Origin: Octopus sinensis
Lineage: Eukaryota
Assembly: GCF_006345805.1 (NCBI RefSeq)
Contig: NC_043002.1
Coordinates: forward strand, 119,412,001 to 119,476,000
Length of the DNA: 64,000 bases
Direction: 5' to 3'
Each line of letters starts with the position of its first letter. Within the stretch, counting starts at the first letter, position 1. Positions 1 to 11,729 of the stretch are shown in pieces. The translations under genes were made by a program, and so were the position numbers. The notes below the pieces were generated by a model. It did not search any database. It was not told where the DNA came from and worked only from the letters and a program-made list of their open reading frames with translations.

Positions 1-132
1 ACGGCAACGCGAAACTCAGAGTAACAGGTTTTGTAGAATTTTCTGCTGCTTTAAATAAAGCATATTTCTCTACCACTGGTATTTGAGTACTCTTTTTTTC
101 CACCTTGTTTCACATTTATGTGTTTACTCTGG
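1..132 (+). mobile_element. Probable Penelope-like element 3' end (partial, with 3' half of a hammerhead motif)
   Basis: GAAA-CTC-A-GAG-T-A at ~11-23 has the same stem III as the PLE hammerhead at 4449-4461; the segment ends in a (TA)n tract like other PLE ends here. Confidence 0.45.
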
Positions 133-916
133 TATATATATATATATATATATACACATACATACATAGATATATAAAGTTAGTTATATATCTACACACA
201 CACACGCGCGCGCTTGTATTTGTGACACTAATTATAGAGTTACGATGCTTATATGATTGTAAATAAACGTACCCTTTCAAGTACACTCACCCACATACAT
301 ACACGTGTGCACACAGATATATACTTGCATATATGCATAGGTATGTAGCCACGATTTTTTTAATATGCTAATATGCATCTCTATATATTTGAGCGCATGC
401 ATGCAACACAGTTTTCTCTATTCCCTTCCGTTTGAACACTTATATTACATGCATCATACTTCTGAGTAAATTATATTTAGTATATTCATCCCCAGGCATT
501 CGCTGTTAGTGATTTAGTTAAATCCCAACATGTAGAAGTCATACGATATCCCATTAATTGCCTGCCTACTTTTTCCAAATTTGGTTGTTTCAGTAGAGTT
601 AATTGACCATGCGTGACTTCAATGTAATTTCATCATGTTATGATTGCACAAAACACCAGTGAACCGTACAAAAGATGAAATCCGAAAACACAAGTGTAGC
701 ATTTATTGAGATTTTCATCCGGTTTTAATATATATTATATATTTCAGTTGGTCGAATGCGTGTCTGCCTGCCTGTCTGTCTCCTGTCTGTCTGTATGTGT
801 GTGTTTGTTTATACATGTATGCATGTATATCTGTATGTATGTGTAGGAGAGTGTATTCATATGTATTTATAAGTGTATGCATATAGATATATAGGTTTAT
901 ATATATATATATATAT

Positions 917-947
<31 letters not shown>

Positions 948-972
948 ATGTATATATATGTACTCATGTGCG

Positions 973-1008
<36 letters not shown>

Positions 1009-1228
1009 CGTATACGCATATGAACGCGTATGTGTATGTATGCGTGTGTGCGTGTGTGTATGTGTGTAGGAATATTTAATTCGCAATTATTACGAAAAAA
1101 ATTGTTTTGCTCAAAGCCACTACCAGAGGGCAGAGTGAAAAAATAAGTTATCAGATTTCGCGCAACAATATCTTCCACCCACATATAATCACACTCATTT
1201 AAACACATAGATATATGTGTATATATAT

Positions 1229-1466
1229 TACTTTACTTTTTACTTTTTACTTGTTTCAGTCATGTGACTGTGGCCATGCTGGAGCACCGCCTTTAGTCGA
1301 GCAAATCGACCCCAGTACTTATTCTTTGTAAGCCTAGTATTTATTCTATCGGTCTCTTTTTGCCGAGCCCTCTAAGTAACGGGGATGTAAACACACCAGC
1401 ATCGGTTGTCAAGCGATGTGGGGGGGGGGACAAACGCAGACACACAAACATATACACACAATACAC

Positions 1467-1497
<31 letters not shown>

Positions 1498-1635
1498 TGA
1501 CCAAATCCACTCAAGGCTTTGGTCGGCCCGAGGCTATAGTAGAAGACACTTGCCCAAGGTACCACGCAGTGGGACTAAACCCGGAACCATGTGGTTGGTA
1601 AACAACCTACTTACCACACAGCCACTCCTACGCCT
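1229..1635 (-). mobile_element. SINE family A (tRNA-derived head, internal TA/GT microsatellite, AAAAGAGT-type tail)
   Basis: Near-identical to copies at 14291, 27638, 33294, 39498, 62270; head AGGCG..GTGGCTGTGTGGTAAG..GGTTCAGTCCC has A/B-box-like motifs. Confidence 0.9.
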
Positions 1636-1669
1636 GTATATATACATATGTATGTGTGTGCGTGTATAA

Positions 1670-1702
<33 letters not shown>

Positions 1703-2532
1703 TGTATGTATGTATGTATGTATGTACAAGATGTCTAAAAGTCTGTGAGTCATTCGTTATACAATTAGTGGTATATTAGTATTGTTGATATAATACTATA
1801 TTATATTTTTATAATAGCCAAATTAACAAATGGTTTCATACCAAAGGTGGGAACGAACTCCAGCAATCTTCAGAAATGGCTGATAGGCATAATAGGTATA
1901 GTATGGTGTGTGCGCTTGTCAATGGAAACTTGATGATGTTACTGCATGGGATCAAAATGGACCCCCTATTACATAAGATATGCGTTTGTTGTGTGGGGTT
2001 AAGATTAGGCTATGGGTGGAGTGGGGATAAATATGAGTGGACCTGAAAGCTGCTGCGGGACGATTAATTTCAGAATCATGTGTAGTCGTAACATGCATGC
2101 GTTTACAAGGGCTTCTATATAGGAAAGTTGAATGCGGCAAGTCTTGTCTTAATTCCTCACATTACGGTTAGGGAAAGGATCGGTGGAGCGTATGTCAGCG
2201 TTTATATTTATATCAGCACTCATAAGGGCAGTATTAAAAAGCCCTACTTATAAAGTTTTAGTTGGAGCTTGGGCGAAGTAAAGTTCAACAGGATTCTTTT
2301 CCCGGCAAGCAGGGTGTGTCTCGTATCACTGTTAAATTAATGTTGGCGCATTTCTAGTTTCCTCCTCATAATGTCGCTAGGCATGGTGCTTACTTCAATG
2401 TCTATGCATGCGATAATACGCCTCCCTTGAATCTTGGACGCATACTTCTAGTTATTGAATCTGGTTCTCAAGAGGCCTTCTGTTGCATTCAAAACATGTA
2501 TATATTATGCATATATGTGGGTTTATATATAT

Positions 2533-2763
2533 GTTTCTTTATTACCCACATGGGGCTAAACATAGAGGGGACAAATAAGGACAGACAAACGGATTAAGTC
2601 AATTACATAGACCCCAGTGCGTAACTGGTACTTAATTTAACGACCCCGAAAGGATGAAAGGCAAAGTCGACCTCGGCGGAATTTGAACTCAGAACGTAGC
2701 GACAGGCGAAATGCCGCGAAGCACTTCGTCCGGCGTGCTAACGTCTCTGCCAGCTCGCCGCCT
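2533..2763 (-). mobile_element. SINE family B (Deu/Nin-domain-like core), young subfamily
   Basis: Core GAGGTCGACTTTGCCTTTCATCCTTTCGGGGTCG repeated >12 times in the window; head AAGGCGGCGAGCTGGCAGA. Confidence 0.88.
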
Positions 2764-2808
2764 TTATATATACATAAACACATACATACGTATACGCACA
2801 CATATATA

Positions 2809-4067
2809 TATGGGTTGGAGAAAATAATGGAAACACCTTAAAATTTCAAATAAATGAATTTTAATATGGAGTAGGACCGCATTTGGCAGTAATTACGGCT
2901 TGAATTGTACGAGGTACGGACTCGTACAAAGTTTGAAAATTTTCCAAAGGAATTTCTGTCCATTCTTAAGCTAAATCAGTCTCTAGTTCTTGTCGTGAAG
3001 ATGGTGAAGGATATTAACTCCTTACTTGTTTTTCTAGAATGCACCATAAATGTTCAATAATATTGAGATCTGGTGAGTGTGGTCGCCAGATAAGGATATT
3101 CAACTTCACTAGAATGTTCCTCGCACCATTCAGTAACAACTTTAGCCGTGTGAATTGGTGCATAATCATCCCGAAAGATTGCATCTCCCCTCGGAAACAG
3201 TTCCGCAACCATAGGATGAATTTGATCAGATAAAATGCTTAAATAGTCTTGACTATTAATTCTATCATGAAAGGAAACCATTGGGCCAGCGGATTTCCAA
3301 AATATAGCTCCCACCCAGATCATCACAGATCCTTCTCCATGTTTAACAGTTGGAAGAAGGCAATCTGGGTTAAATACGTTTTTTGACTGTCTCCACAGGT
3401 ATACTCGGCCGGTGGTCGGAAATAAGGTAAAGGATGACTTATCTGAGAAAATAACATTCTTCCACTGCTCTAGGGACCAATTCTGTAGGTTTTTACTCCA
3501 CTCTAAACGTTTAGCAACGTTTGATTTTGAAAGTAGGGGTTTTCTGATTGCAGCCCTCCCGTGAAATCCGGCTTTGTGTAGATCTCGACGAGTTCTCGAG
3601 GTGGTCATTAAGCTCTGCAGTAATTTTGGAAGCTGTACTTTTGTGATCCTTTCTAACAATTTGCGTAAGAGTCCAACGGTCCCTATCTGAAAGTTTTGGC
3701 TTTCTTCCGGAGTTTTGTTTCAGCGAGGAGGTTTCCCCCTGTTTCTCAAATGCTGTCATTACGTTCAAGACAGTACTTCTTGATACATCAAGCATTTCGG
3801 CTGCTTTCGTTACGCTAGCGCCTACCATACGAGCACCAAGAAATTGTCATATTTGAAAGTCCGACAGATCTGTCATTTTAATGAATTTTAATTACCTTTT
3901 TCTGATGATATCTGAAAAGAAACCGCAGTTTTAGCACACTACGTATTAAACAACACTAATAATAAATAAAAAAAACATACAATAAACAAGCTTTTGACAG
4001 TTTTTTAGATATTTCAAACTCCTGATGCTATGATGCTAGGCGTTTCCATTATTTTGTCCAGCCTCTG
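2809..4067 (-). mobile_element. Tc1-family DNA transposon (decayed, apparently full length)
   Basis: ~30-bp imperfect TIRs (..GGAgAAAATAATGGAAACaCCT at 2809-2838; AGGcGTTTCCATTATTTTgTCCAGCCTCTG at 4038-4067), TA flanks, internal transposase. Confidence 0.9.
2861..3876 (-). pseudogene. Tc1 DD34E transposase pseudogene
   Basis: MTDLSDFQ start, HTH with GRKPKLS, WKNVIFSD(K)SSF, IFRDDYAPIH, WRPHSPDLNIIEHLW, ends GPTPY*; split across three ORFs by stops and frameshifts. Confidence 0.92.
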
Positions 4068-4103
4068 TATGTGCATATGTAAGTAAAAGATATATATGTA
4101 TGT

Positions 4104-4137
<34 letters not shown>

Positions 4138-4141
4138 CACA

Positions 4142-4172
<31 letters not shown>

Positions 4173-4385
4173 ATATGTTAACTCATACTTGTATATGTAT
4201 ATATACTTATATATATGGGTATATACAGTAGACAATAATCACTCACAAGGTATCCGCAGTTACATAATATACATATGCATATATCTATATGTATCTCTCT
4301 CTCTTTATCTATCTGTGTATCTATATACATATACATAATGTACATACATACCTATATATATATATATATATATATATAGATAGGA

Positions 4386-4569
4386 ATAGCGTATTCAAAT
4401 AGCCAGATAACCGAAGAGATGACGTTGTGGATTCCCACTTCGGCATCTGAAACTCAGAGTTTTATCTTGACTACTGAGTAATTGTAACATATTATTTTAT
4501 AGATAAATTTCCTCTATTTACATAATATTGAGGTATCTTTCTTTCTTTTGCTATCTTACCGTTTTACCA

Positions 4570-4570
<1 letters not shown>
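4386..4570 (+). mobile_element. Solo 3' terminus of the Penelope-like element found at 47608-48881, inside (TA)n
   Basis: Matches the reverse complement of 47608-47790; flanked by TA repeats on both sides. Confidence 0.85.
4400..4473 (+). ncRNA. Type I hammerhead ribozyme-like motif (U4C core variant)
   Basis: Stem I AGATAA/TTATCT, core CCGAAGA, stem II GATG..CATC, GAAA, stem III ACTC-A-GAGT, H17=U. Confidence 0.6.
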
Positions 4571-4601
<31 letters not shown>

Positions 4602-4805
4602 GTATGCAAATGACTAGATAGTAAGGGTGAGAAGAGTATGATAGAAAGATTGAAAGAAAGTGAAAATAATGTCCAACTCTCAGTATCCTTACAGCTTGCG
4701 TATTTTGAACAGCATGTTTACACGAATATGGATACGTGGTTTGATGAATTAATGGATTTTCATTTACACATACTAACTCACACACACGCATACAGATATA
4801 TGTAC

Positions 4806-4836
<31 letters not shown>

Positions 4837-5607
4837 TGTATGTATGTATGTATGTATGTATGTATGTATGTATTTTTGTGTATATGCGTGTCTTCCTACA
4901 TTTGTGCGCTTGCACTTGTGTGTGTATGTATGTGTGTGTGCGCGCGTGCGAGTGTACATATGTATATATACTTACATATATTCTTAAACAGGAATTTCTA
5001 TGCCCAATGTAAATTACGTTAACCATGTGCACCAGCCACATATTTATATCGATCCATATATCAATATAGATGACGTCCAATAACCAAAAACTCACCACTG
5101 GTGCTGTATAGCAACCTTCCACCACAAACATTGCGAACACAGATACAAATATGGCTGACTTATATACATCTATGTACTTTGGGTTAATAGGGTCAAATGT
5201 TGATGAATAATATTTCGCTCTCTTTAGTTTTAACTTTATAAAAGCCATACAAGACCAAAAGATCCAGTCTTTTAAAAAATGCTTACGATATTCAATATGC
5301 TAGATTAGCAACGAAGATTGAAAGAAAAGTCTGAGAAGGCCAAGTAACAGGCACTGGAGCAGTAAAATTCATTTATTCAAATGTTAGTGCAAGTGCATAT
5401 ATGAAATGTGATTTGCACATGAAGATGAAGCGTCCAATATTAATAAAAAAAGACATGCTTGGCATTAATACTTGTTATGCACTGTACTAACAATGATCTA
5501 TTTAGTAATGCAACAATGATGCAGTGTTCAGTACTGTTGTGTTTATTACTGCTTTAAGGATCGTGTTCAGTATTGTACCAAACGTGCACTGAATAATGTT
5601 ACACCAT

Positions 5608-5995
5608 GGATGGAAGCACTCCGTCGGTTACGACGACGGGGGTTCCGGTTGATCCGAATCAACGGAACAACCTGCTCGTGAAATTAACGTGCAAGTGGCT
5701 GAGCACTCCACAGACACGTGTACCCTTAACGTAGTTCTCGGGGATATTCAGCGTGACACAGAGAGTGACAAGGCCGGCCCTTTGAAATACAGGTACAACA
5801 GAAACAGGAAGTAAGAGTGTGAGAAAGTTGTGGTGAAAGAGTACAGCAGGGATCACCACCATCCCCTGCCGGAGCCTCGTGGAGCTTTAGGTGTTTTCGC
5901 TCAATAAACACTCACAACGCCCGGTCTGGGAATCGAAACCGCGATCCTATGACCGCGAGTCCGCTGCCCTAACCACTGGGCCATTGCGCCTCCAC
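5608..5995 (-). mobile_element. SINE family C (tRNA-derived), full length
   Basis: Head GTGGAGGCGCAATGGCCCAGTGGTTAGGG..GGTTTCGATTCCC; 14-bp TSD TAATGTTACACCAT at 5594-5607 and 5996-6009. Confidence 0.92.
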
Positions 5996-6135
5996 TAATG
6001 TTACACCATAGACGCAGTGTTAATTATGTATCAATGGTGAAGTGTTTAGTGCTGCACCAAATATGCAGTTTTCGCTACTAGACAGAAGTGCTTCGTGCTG
6101 GAACTAAGATGCAGTGTTCAGCACTGCATTGATAA

Positions 6136-6355
6136 TCCTTTATAGTGAAAAAAATCAAGGCCTAAGATTTGGTGGGGAGGGAGCTAGTTTATTAAATCGA
6201 TCAGCAGTGTTTGACTGGTACTTAATTTATCGACACCCAAAAGGATGAAAGCCAAAGTCGACTTCGGCGAAATTTGAACTCAGAACGTGAAGACGAACGA
6301 AATGCCGCTAAGCATTTTACCCGGCGTGCTAACGATTCTGCCAGCTCGCCGTCTT
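6136..6355 (-). mobile_element. SINE family B, older subfamily
   Basis: Family B core; tail ..CCCCACCAAATCTTAGGCCTTG. Confidence 0.82.
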
Positions 6356-6372
6356 AAGTACTGTATTAATAA

Positions 6373-6580
6373 GTCTTTCTACTATAGGCACAAGGCCTGA
6401 AATTTTTGGGGAGGCGGGGGGCCACTCAATTAAATCGACCCCAGTACGCAACTGGTACTTAAGTTATCGACTCCGAAGGGATGAAAGGCAAGGTCGACTT
6501 CGGCGGGATTTGAAGTCAGAACGTAGCAACGGGTTAAGTATTTCGTCCGGTGTGCTAACTATTCTGCCTGCTCACCGCCT
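6373..6580 (-). mobile_element. SINE family B, older subfamily
   Basis: Family B core; flanked by direct repeat TAAGTACTGTATTAATAA (6355-6372, 6581-6598). Confidence 0.82.
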
Positions 6581-6729
6581 TAAGTACTGTATTAATAATG
6601 ATGCGTTTAGAGTAGAGCCGAGTATTGCCCCAAAGATGCGGTCTTCCGATCGTTACCAAAGATGACATCTTCCCTCGCAGTATTACTCATTTTTGTCAGC
6701 ATTTTTGTCTCGCAGGATTACTAATTTTT

Positions 6730-6865
6730 ACTAGCTGAGTGAACTGGAGAAACGTGAAATAAAATGCTTTGTTCAAGAACACAGCGCGTTACCCGACCCA
6801 GCAATCAAAATCACAATATTACGATCATGAGTTCAACACCCTAACCACTACGCCACGCGCCTCCA
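6730..6865 (-). mobile_element. SINE family D 5' half
   Basis: Similar to heads at 56433 and ~17440-17540 (..TCATGATCGTAA..TTGAGCAA..TTTCACGTT..CCAGT.CACTCAGCT). Confidence 0.7.
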
Positions 6866-6909
6866 GTCATCTTTCAGCAGGGTACTGTATCGTAATGTGC
6901 TGTCTGCAA

Positions 6910-7165
6910 GACAGAAGACCTCTCTGACCCTACAACTATTGCCCTGTTGCACTCACTTCTACTATCTCTAAGGTAATTGAGACAGCCACTAACAACAATG
7001 TCCTCCAATAACTTGAATCTCTCCTCCTCTGTCTCATTAATGATCACCAGTACCGTTTCTGTAAAGTCAGAGCCTCTGGTACTACTCTGTATCGTCAGAG
7101 GGAGGTTCCTGTCTTCGAAAACCATTTTGTCACCCTCAGCATAAGTAGAACTTTCGACTGTGATT
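6910..7165 (+). mobile_element. Decayed non-LTR retrotransposon RT fragment (CR1/Jockey/I-like)
   Basis: Hand translation DLSDPT-(N)YCPVALTSTISKVIE..LINDHQYRFCKVRASG..VTLSISRTFDCV resembles NYRPIsL..KvmE / QyGFR..RS / lDisKAFDrV. Confidence 0.75.
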
Positions 7166-7548
7166 ATAATATGAATCTCCTATGGATAAAAGGATCAGCT
7201 CCTTTATTGCACTTGATGCACTTTTTGCATTAAAGAAGAGGTTTCAGAATATAACCTAAAGTCCTAAATGTCAGCACCGAATGAGCAAACCTACAATACA
7301 AGGAGTTCCTGTCGAATGAAAGTTTATTTTTTATCAGATATAATGTATCAAATCTCTGTCTCTCTCTCTTTTTTAACCAATAAAATGTGGTTTGAGGAAA
7401 GTTTGGTTGATATTTTTAGCAGATCGAGCAACCAAGAGGAGCGGTTTCAGTTTGCTAGCTCTGCATTTAATGGCTGTCAGAAATGTCAATATAAGTTTAT
7501 TTAAGTGTACTTTTAAAACGACATATTTGGAGAATATTAAATTTTGTC

Positions 7549-7585
<37 letters not shown>

Positions 7586-7588
<3 letters not shown>

Positions 7589-8000
7589 AGAAAAAAGCAA
7601 CAAGAATGGATTAGTTGTTCAGTACAATTGTTTCATACGAAGAACAGCTTTTTTAAAAGCTGCAAATATTGCAGCAAATACAAGTGTCCCGTATTCATCA
7701 GCCAAAACACATATGAGTTTTCCAAACATCCTAGGGGGTGGGTGAGGCTACACTCATGAAGTATCGAAGAGAGTTCTATAAAAAGCAAAGTTAGATTGTA
7801 AGCAGACTTCAAAAGTTCTCTAATGATGCACAGTTTTATAAAAGGTTTTTAAAAAAGTTTGTTAGCTTCACAGAAAAGGTAAATCCATCCATAATAATGC
7901 AGGTGTAATTTCCGGAGATGTGAGGAGATATTTCATACTCAGAGATGATGAATTTATCCATAATAATGTAGATGTAATTTCCTGATACATGAGAAGATGC
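7586..8000 (-). mobile_element. Probable Penelope-like element 3' terminus abutting (TA)n
   Basis: Carries a canonical hammerhead core; its terminal ~27 bp recur in TA tracts at ~12534 and ~12667; ~69-bp internal duplication at 7887-8000; the inner boundary is uncertain. Confidence 0.55.
7617..7707 (-). ncRNA. Type I hammerhead ribozyme
   Basis: Minus strand CTGATGA-ATACG..CGTAT-GAAA-CAATTG-T-A; palindromic stem III, GUA cleavage triplet, wobble-rich stem I. Confidence 0.7.
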
Positions 8001-8139
8001 TGATCACACTTCTGTTCATTTCAGAACTACTATGTTGGAAGAAGAGATTGACTATACTGGCTAAAAGAAGTTAGTAAATGCTCTATTTGGGCGGTTTGCT
8101 GCTTTACTAACTTCTTTTAGACAGTATAGTCAATCTGAT

Positions 8140-9312
8140 GCTTGCACTGCCTTAGGATTGACAGTCAATCTCAAGAAAACTGTTGTCATGCATCAACCTG
8201 CCCCTGGTAAGCAGTATAGTGTACCAAATATCTATGTGAATGGTAAGCGACTTGATGTAGTCGATCAGTCTGTCTACCTGGGAAGCACTATTAATAGATA
8301 TGGCAATGTGGATGAAGTTCCATACAGAATTAGGAAAGCAAGTGTTTCTTTCGGAAGGCTAGAAAAGCGCCTCTGGAGTTGGCGAGACATATGCAGAAAG
8401 ACAAAGATAAAGGTGTACAAGGCATATGTGCTCCCTTCTCTTCTCTATGCCTGCGAGACGTGGGTCACATATCGATACCACCTTAAACATCTGGAACATT
8501 TCCAACAGATGTGCCTCAGACGGATCTATAGCATTAAGTGGAAAGACCGCATCAGTGATCTTGAAATACTCGAAGGCTCTCGATGTGAAAGTATAGAATC
8601 TCTTGTGTTAAAGCAAAGGCTCAGATGGAGTGGTCATCTGGTCAGAATGAAGGATTAAAGGATGCCAAAACAACTCTTTTATGGAGAGTTAGCTAAAGGA
8701 GAACGACCTCCACATAAACCAAAAAAAAGAGGTATAAGGACTTGCTGAAGGCTTCCTTAAGAGATGCTTGCATCTCTCCTGACACATGGGAAGGCATAGC
8801 TATTGATTGTAGCAGGTGGAGAAGGATTGTGTTGAAGGGACAGCCACGTTTGAGAAATCTCGAGTTGCACATGAGAAAGTAAGGAGGGATGTCAGGAAGG
8901 GCATCGCTGTTACACTTCCAGAAGGGAAGGGTCTTCCTTTGATTCTGACATGCAATGTCTGTGCAAGACCCTGCCTCAGTAAAGCTGGACTCAAGAGTCA
9001 TCTTTGTAGTCATAAAACGAGACAGATGAGTGACAACCTGGCCACTGGTGGTGTTGTAACACACCATACTAATCATATCTGTTGGGCAGGTGGAAGAGAG
9101 TGTAATTCGGCAGGAGGACTTAAACGACATGCAAAGGTACATGAAGCCCAGTTACAACTACAACCGGCTATTACCGGTAAAGGTATTAGTTGCCAATTCT
9201 GTACAAGACATTGTAGATCTTTAGCTGGGCTAAAAAGTCACTTTCGATCACAGCACCAGTAACAGTTAAGCTTCGTGCAATGGCCATACTCGATAACGAG
9301 GGGGCAGCCATA
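8140..9312 (+). mobile_element. 5'-truncated RTE-clade LINE (C-terminal RT/thumb plus three C2H2-like fingers)
   Basis: VNLKKT..YLGS..RIRKASVSFGRL..TKIKVYKAYVLPSLLYACETW..LRWSGHLVRM; one stop and frameshifts; ends in (ATGT)n. Confidence 0.9.
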
Positions 9313-9360
9313 AATGTATGTATGTATGTATGTATGTAAGTATATATATATATATATATA

Positions 9361-9570
9361 GTTAATCCAAACATGAAAGCACAAAAAAAACATAACGCGA
9401 GGACGTGGAACAAATATAGTGTTATTGGACGCTCAGGAAAGAAGGAAAGAAGGAGGGTTTAACGTTTCGAACGGAGCTCTTCGTTGGAAACACAGGAGAA
9501 GGAAAGATCCAGAGAAGGGAAGACAGACGAAAAAAACCCGCCAACAGTACACACGCGGTCACATTTTGAA
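9361..9570 (-). mobile_element. Probable Penelope-like element 3' terminus with a minimal hammerhead-like motif (9457-9491)
   Basis: GTTT-CCAACGA-AGAGCTCCGTTC-GAAACGT-T-AAAC; lies within TA repeats; a related motif ends the decayed PLE at ~52090. Confidence 0.55.
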
Positions 9571-9669
9571 TATATATATATATACGTATATACGCTTGTG
9601 TTTGTTGTATTTTTACATAACATACATACCAGTATGTACAGACGCACATGTTGTACGTACACCAGTAAT

Positions 9670-10200
9670 TTACGAGTGTGTCAGTTAACTTGGAGGTATA
9701 CACGTGTTTCCTTCGTATTCTGAAAATTCATCTCAATGAATCATTTTATGCTTGTAATTAAAAGAAATGTATCAAATTTAGTAGCTGCTCCCAAGAAAGG
9801 AGAGCGATTCCTTTTCATAAGGCGTAGCCCCAAGCAATATCATTTCTAGGCTTTCATGACTTCAATATCCCACCCCACCAACTTCTTAAAAATCAAACAA
9901 TATTCATTCTGAAATTCACTTCCATGATGATTCGATTCTTCGGCTATTAATAATTCAGTTTCTATTTTAAAGTTAGTTTCGAGGAGGCTATAAGCCTTCT
10001 TAGAAGAACAGTTAGTTGTTTTCTCGTTATTCATCGAGAGATCTGATAATTAAATCTATTGATCTCTTTATCCATTATTCGAATGTCTTCAGGTAATGCA
10101 TCATCTATTATGCAACAGTATTGATTCTCATCGTCATCAATATCTACATATATTCCTATAGAAGTAATCAACGAGCTCGAATTTAATATTCAGAGAAGAA
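9670..10200 (-). pseudogene. Decayed coding-like segment, possible family-B DNA polymerase Exo I region
   Basis: KKLVGWDIEVM at ~9855-9887 resembles the ExoI DxE motif; only one motif seen. Confidence 0.3.
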
Positions 10201-10908
10201 TTCCGTATCTCATTAATTCGAGTTTTCAATTGGAATTTATACAGTTTATTATCTTTTATGAAATGATTGCTATTGTAATGTGAAATGCAATAAGGTATCA
10301 TGTGAAAGTTTAAAAAAAAAACAGTCTTTAGTATTTCCGGACTTTTGAACCGATTGAACTAAATGTTGAACCGGCAAGTAGAAACCTTTAAATTAATCCC
10401 AGATCATTGTTAACGCATTCGTCTAGAAGGTACGGAAGCAAAATGGATGAATTGTAATCTAGAAGGCACGGAAGCAAAATGGATGATTGTAATCAGATGT
10501 TCAGTTGTTTATCTATAACCTTTCGACATAACTTCAACATTTCCCCGTAGTGATGGGAGGGAAGCGTAGATAAAACAGGCCAAAGCTAGAGAAAATCATT
10601 AAGAAATCGAAATTTGATGAATGCTGTTACATTTCAGGTTGAGATCGCTGTCATTAATGATGGTGCACACACAAAGACATTACACATAAAAACGGAATTA
10701 CTTTGAATACTGTAGTCAACACGCTATCAGTTTCAGGTACAATATTGCTGCGTGATACTAGCAAAATCTATGAAAAGGGTTTTAGGATTTCCGAAACGTA
10801 TACACATTCGCACATGCAGGCAGGTAGACAGACAGGCACGCACGCAAGCACGCTCGCCAGCACACACACACAGAGAACCAACTACATACATGTATATTCA
10901 CTGCATAG

Positions 10909-11141
10909 AAGGCGGTGAGCTGGCAGAAACGGTAGCACGCCGGGCGAAATGCGAAGCCGTATTTCGTCTGCCGTTACATTCTGAGTTCAAATTCCGCCGA
11001 GGTCGACTTTGCCTTTCATCCTTTCGGGGTCGATAAATTAAGTACCAGTTACGCACTGGGGTCGATGGAATCGACTTAATCGCTTTGTCATTCCTTGTTT
11101 GTCCCCTCTGTGTTTAGCCCCTTGTGGGTAGTAAAGAAATA
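10909..11141 (+). mobile_element. SINE family B, young subfamily
   Basis: Full head, core and tail; flanking direct repeat TATATTCACTGCATAGA. Confidence 0.9.
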
Positions 11142-11252
11142 TATATTCACTGCATAGAGCCTGAAAAAGCAAAGCGTATCACATGAAACTCCGGGTAGCT
11201 GAGGCATGAGTTATCGAATTAGATAAAATTTACTACATAAACTATATTAAAA

Positions 11253-11592
11253 TAGGCGTGCTATTTGATAAGAAGCTTGCAACCAAACCACATGGTCCGG
11301 GGTTCAGTCCCTCTGCGTGACACTTTGGGAAAGTGTTTTCTACTAAAGCCTCCGGCTATAGTAGAATATATGTATGTGTGTCGTTGTGTTTGCTTTTGTA
11401 TCCCCCACACCACTTGACAATCGGTACTGTCGTATTTATGTCTCCGTAACTTAAGGTTCAGCAAAAAGAGATCGCTATAATAAATACTAGAGATAAAATA
11501 AAATGCCCTGCGGTTGATTTGATTCACTAAAACCATACAAGGCAATTGCACCAGAATGGCCGCAGTCAAATAAGTGAAACAAATATAAGAGA
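11253..11592 (+). mobile_element. SINE family A, diverged
   Basis: Similarity to family A head and tail. Confidence 0.75.
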
Positions 11593-11641
11593 TACACGTA
11601 TCGAATATTCTTATCCACGTTTGAAAATCTTAACGTAAAAA

Positions 11642-11642
<1 letters not shown>

Positions 11643-11729
<87 letters not shown>

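Noticed and set aside
5659-5862. Near-identical 67-aa ORF MVVIPAVLFHHNF.. recurring at 38844, 40867 and 53325
   Set aside because: Incidental ORF inside family C SINE copies, which have TSDs and tRNA-like heads.
5920-5995. tRNA gene-like sequences (also the heads of families A, B and D)
   Set aside because: A/B boxes are present but there is no complete cloverleaf, and each continues into a SINE body.
6874-7125. 83-aa minus-strand ORF MVFEDRNLPL..
   Set aside because: Antisense to a decayed LINE RT fragment on the plus strand.
10422-10495. 36-bp tandem duplication
   Set aside because: Ordinary local duplication with no further structure.
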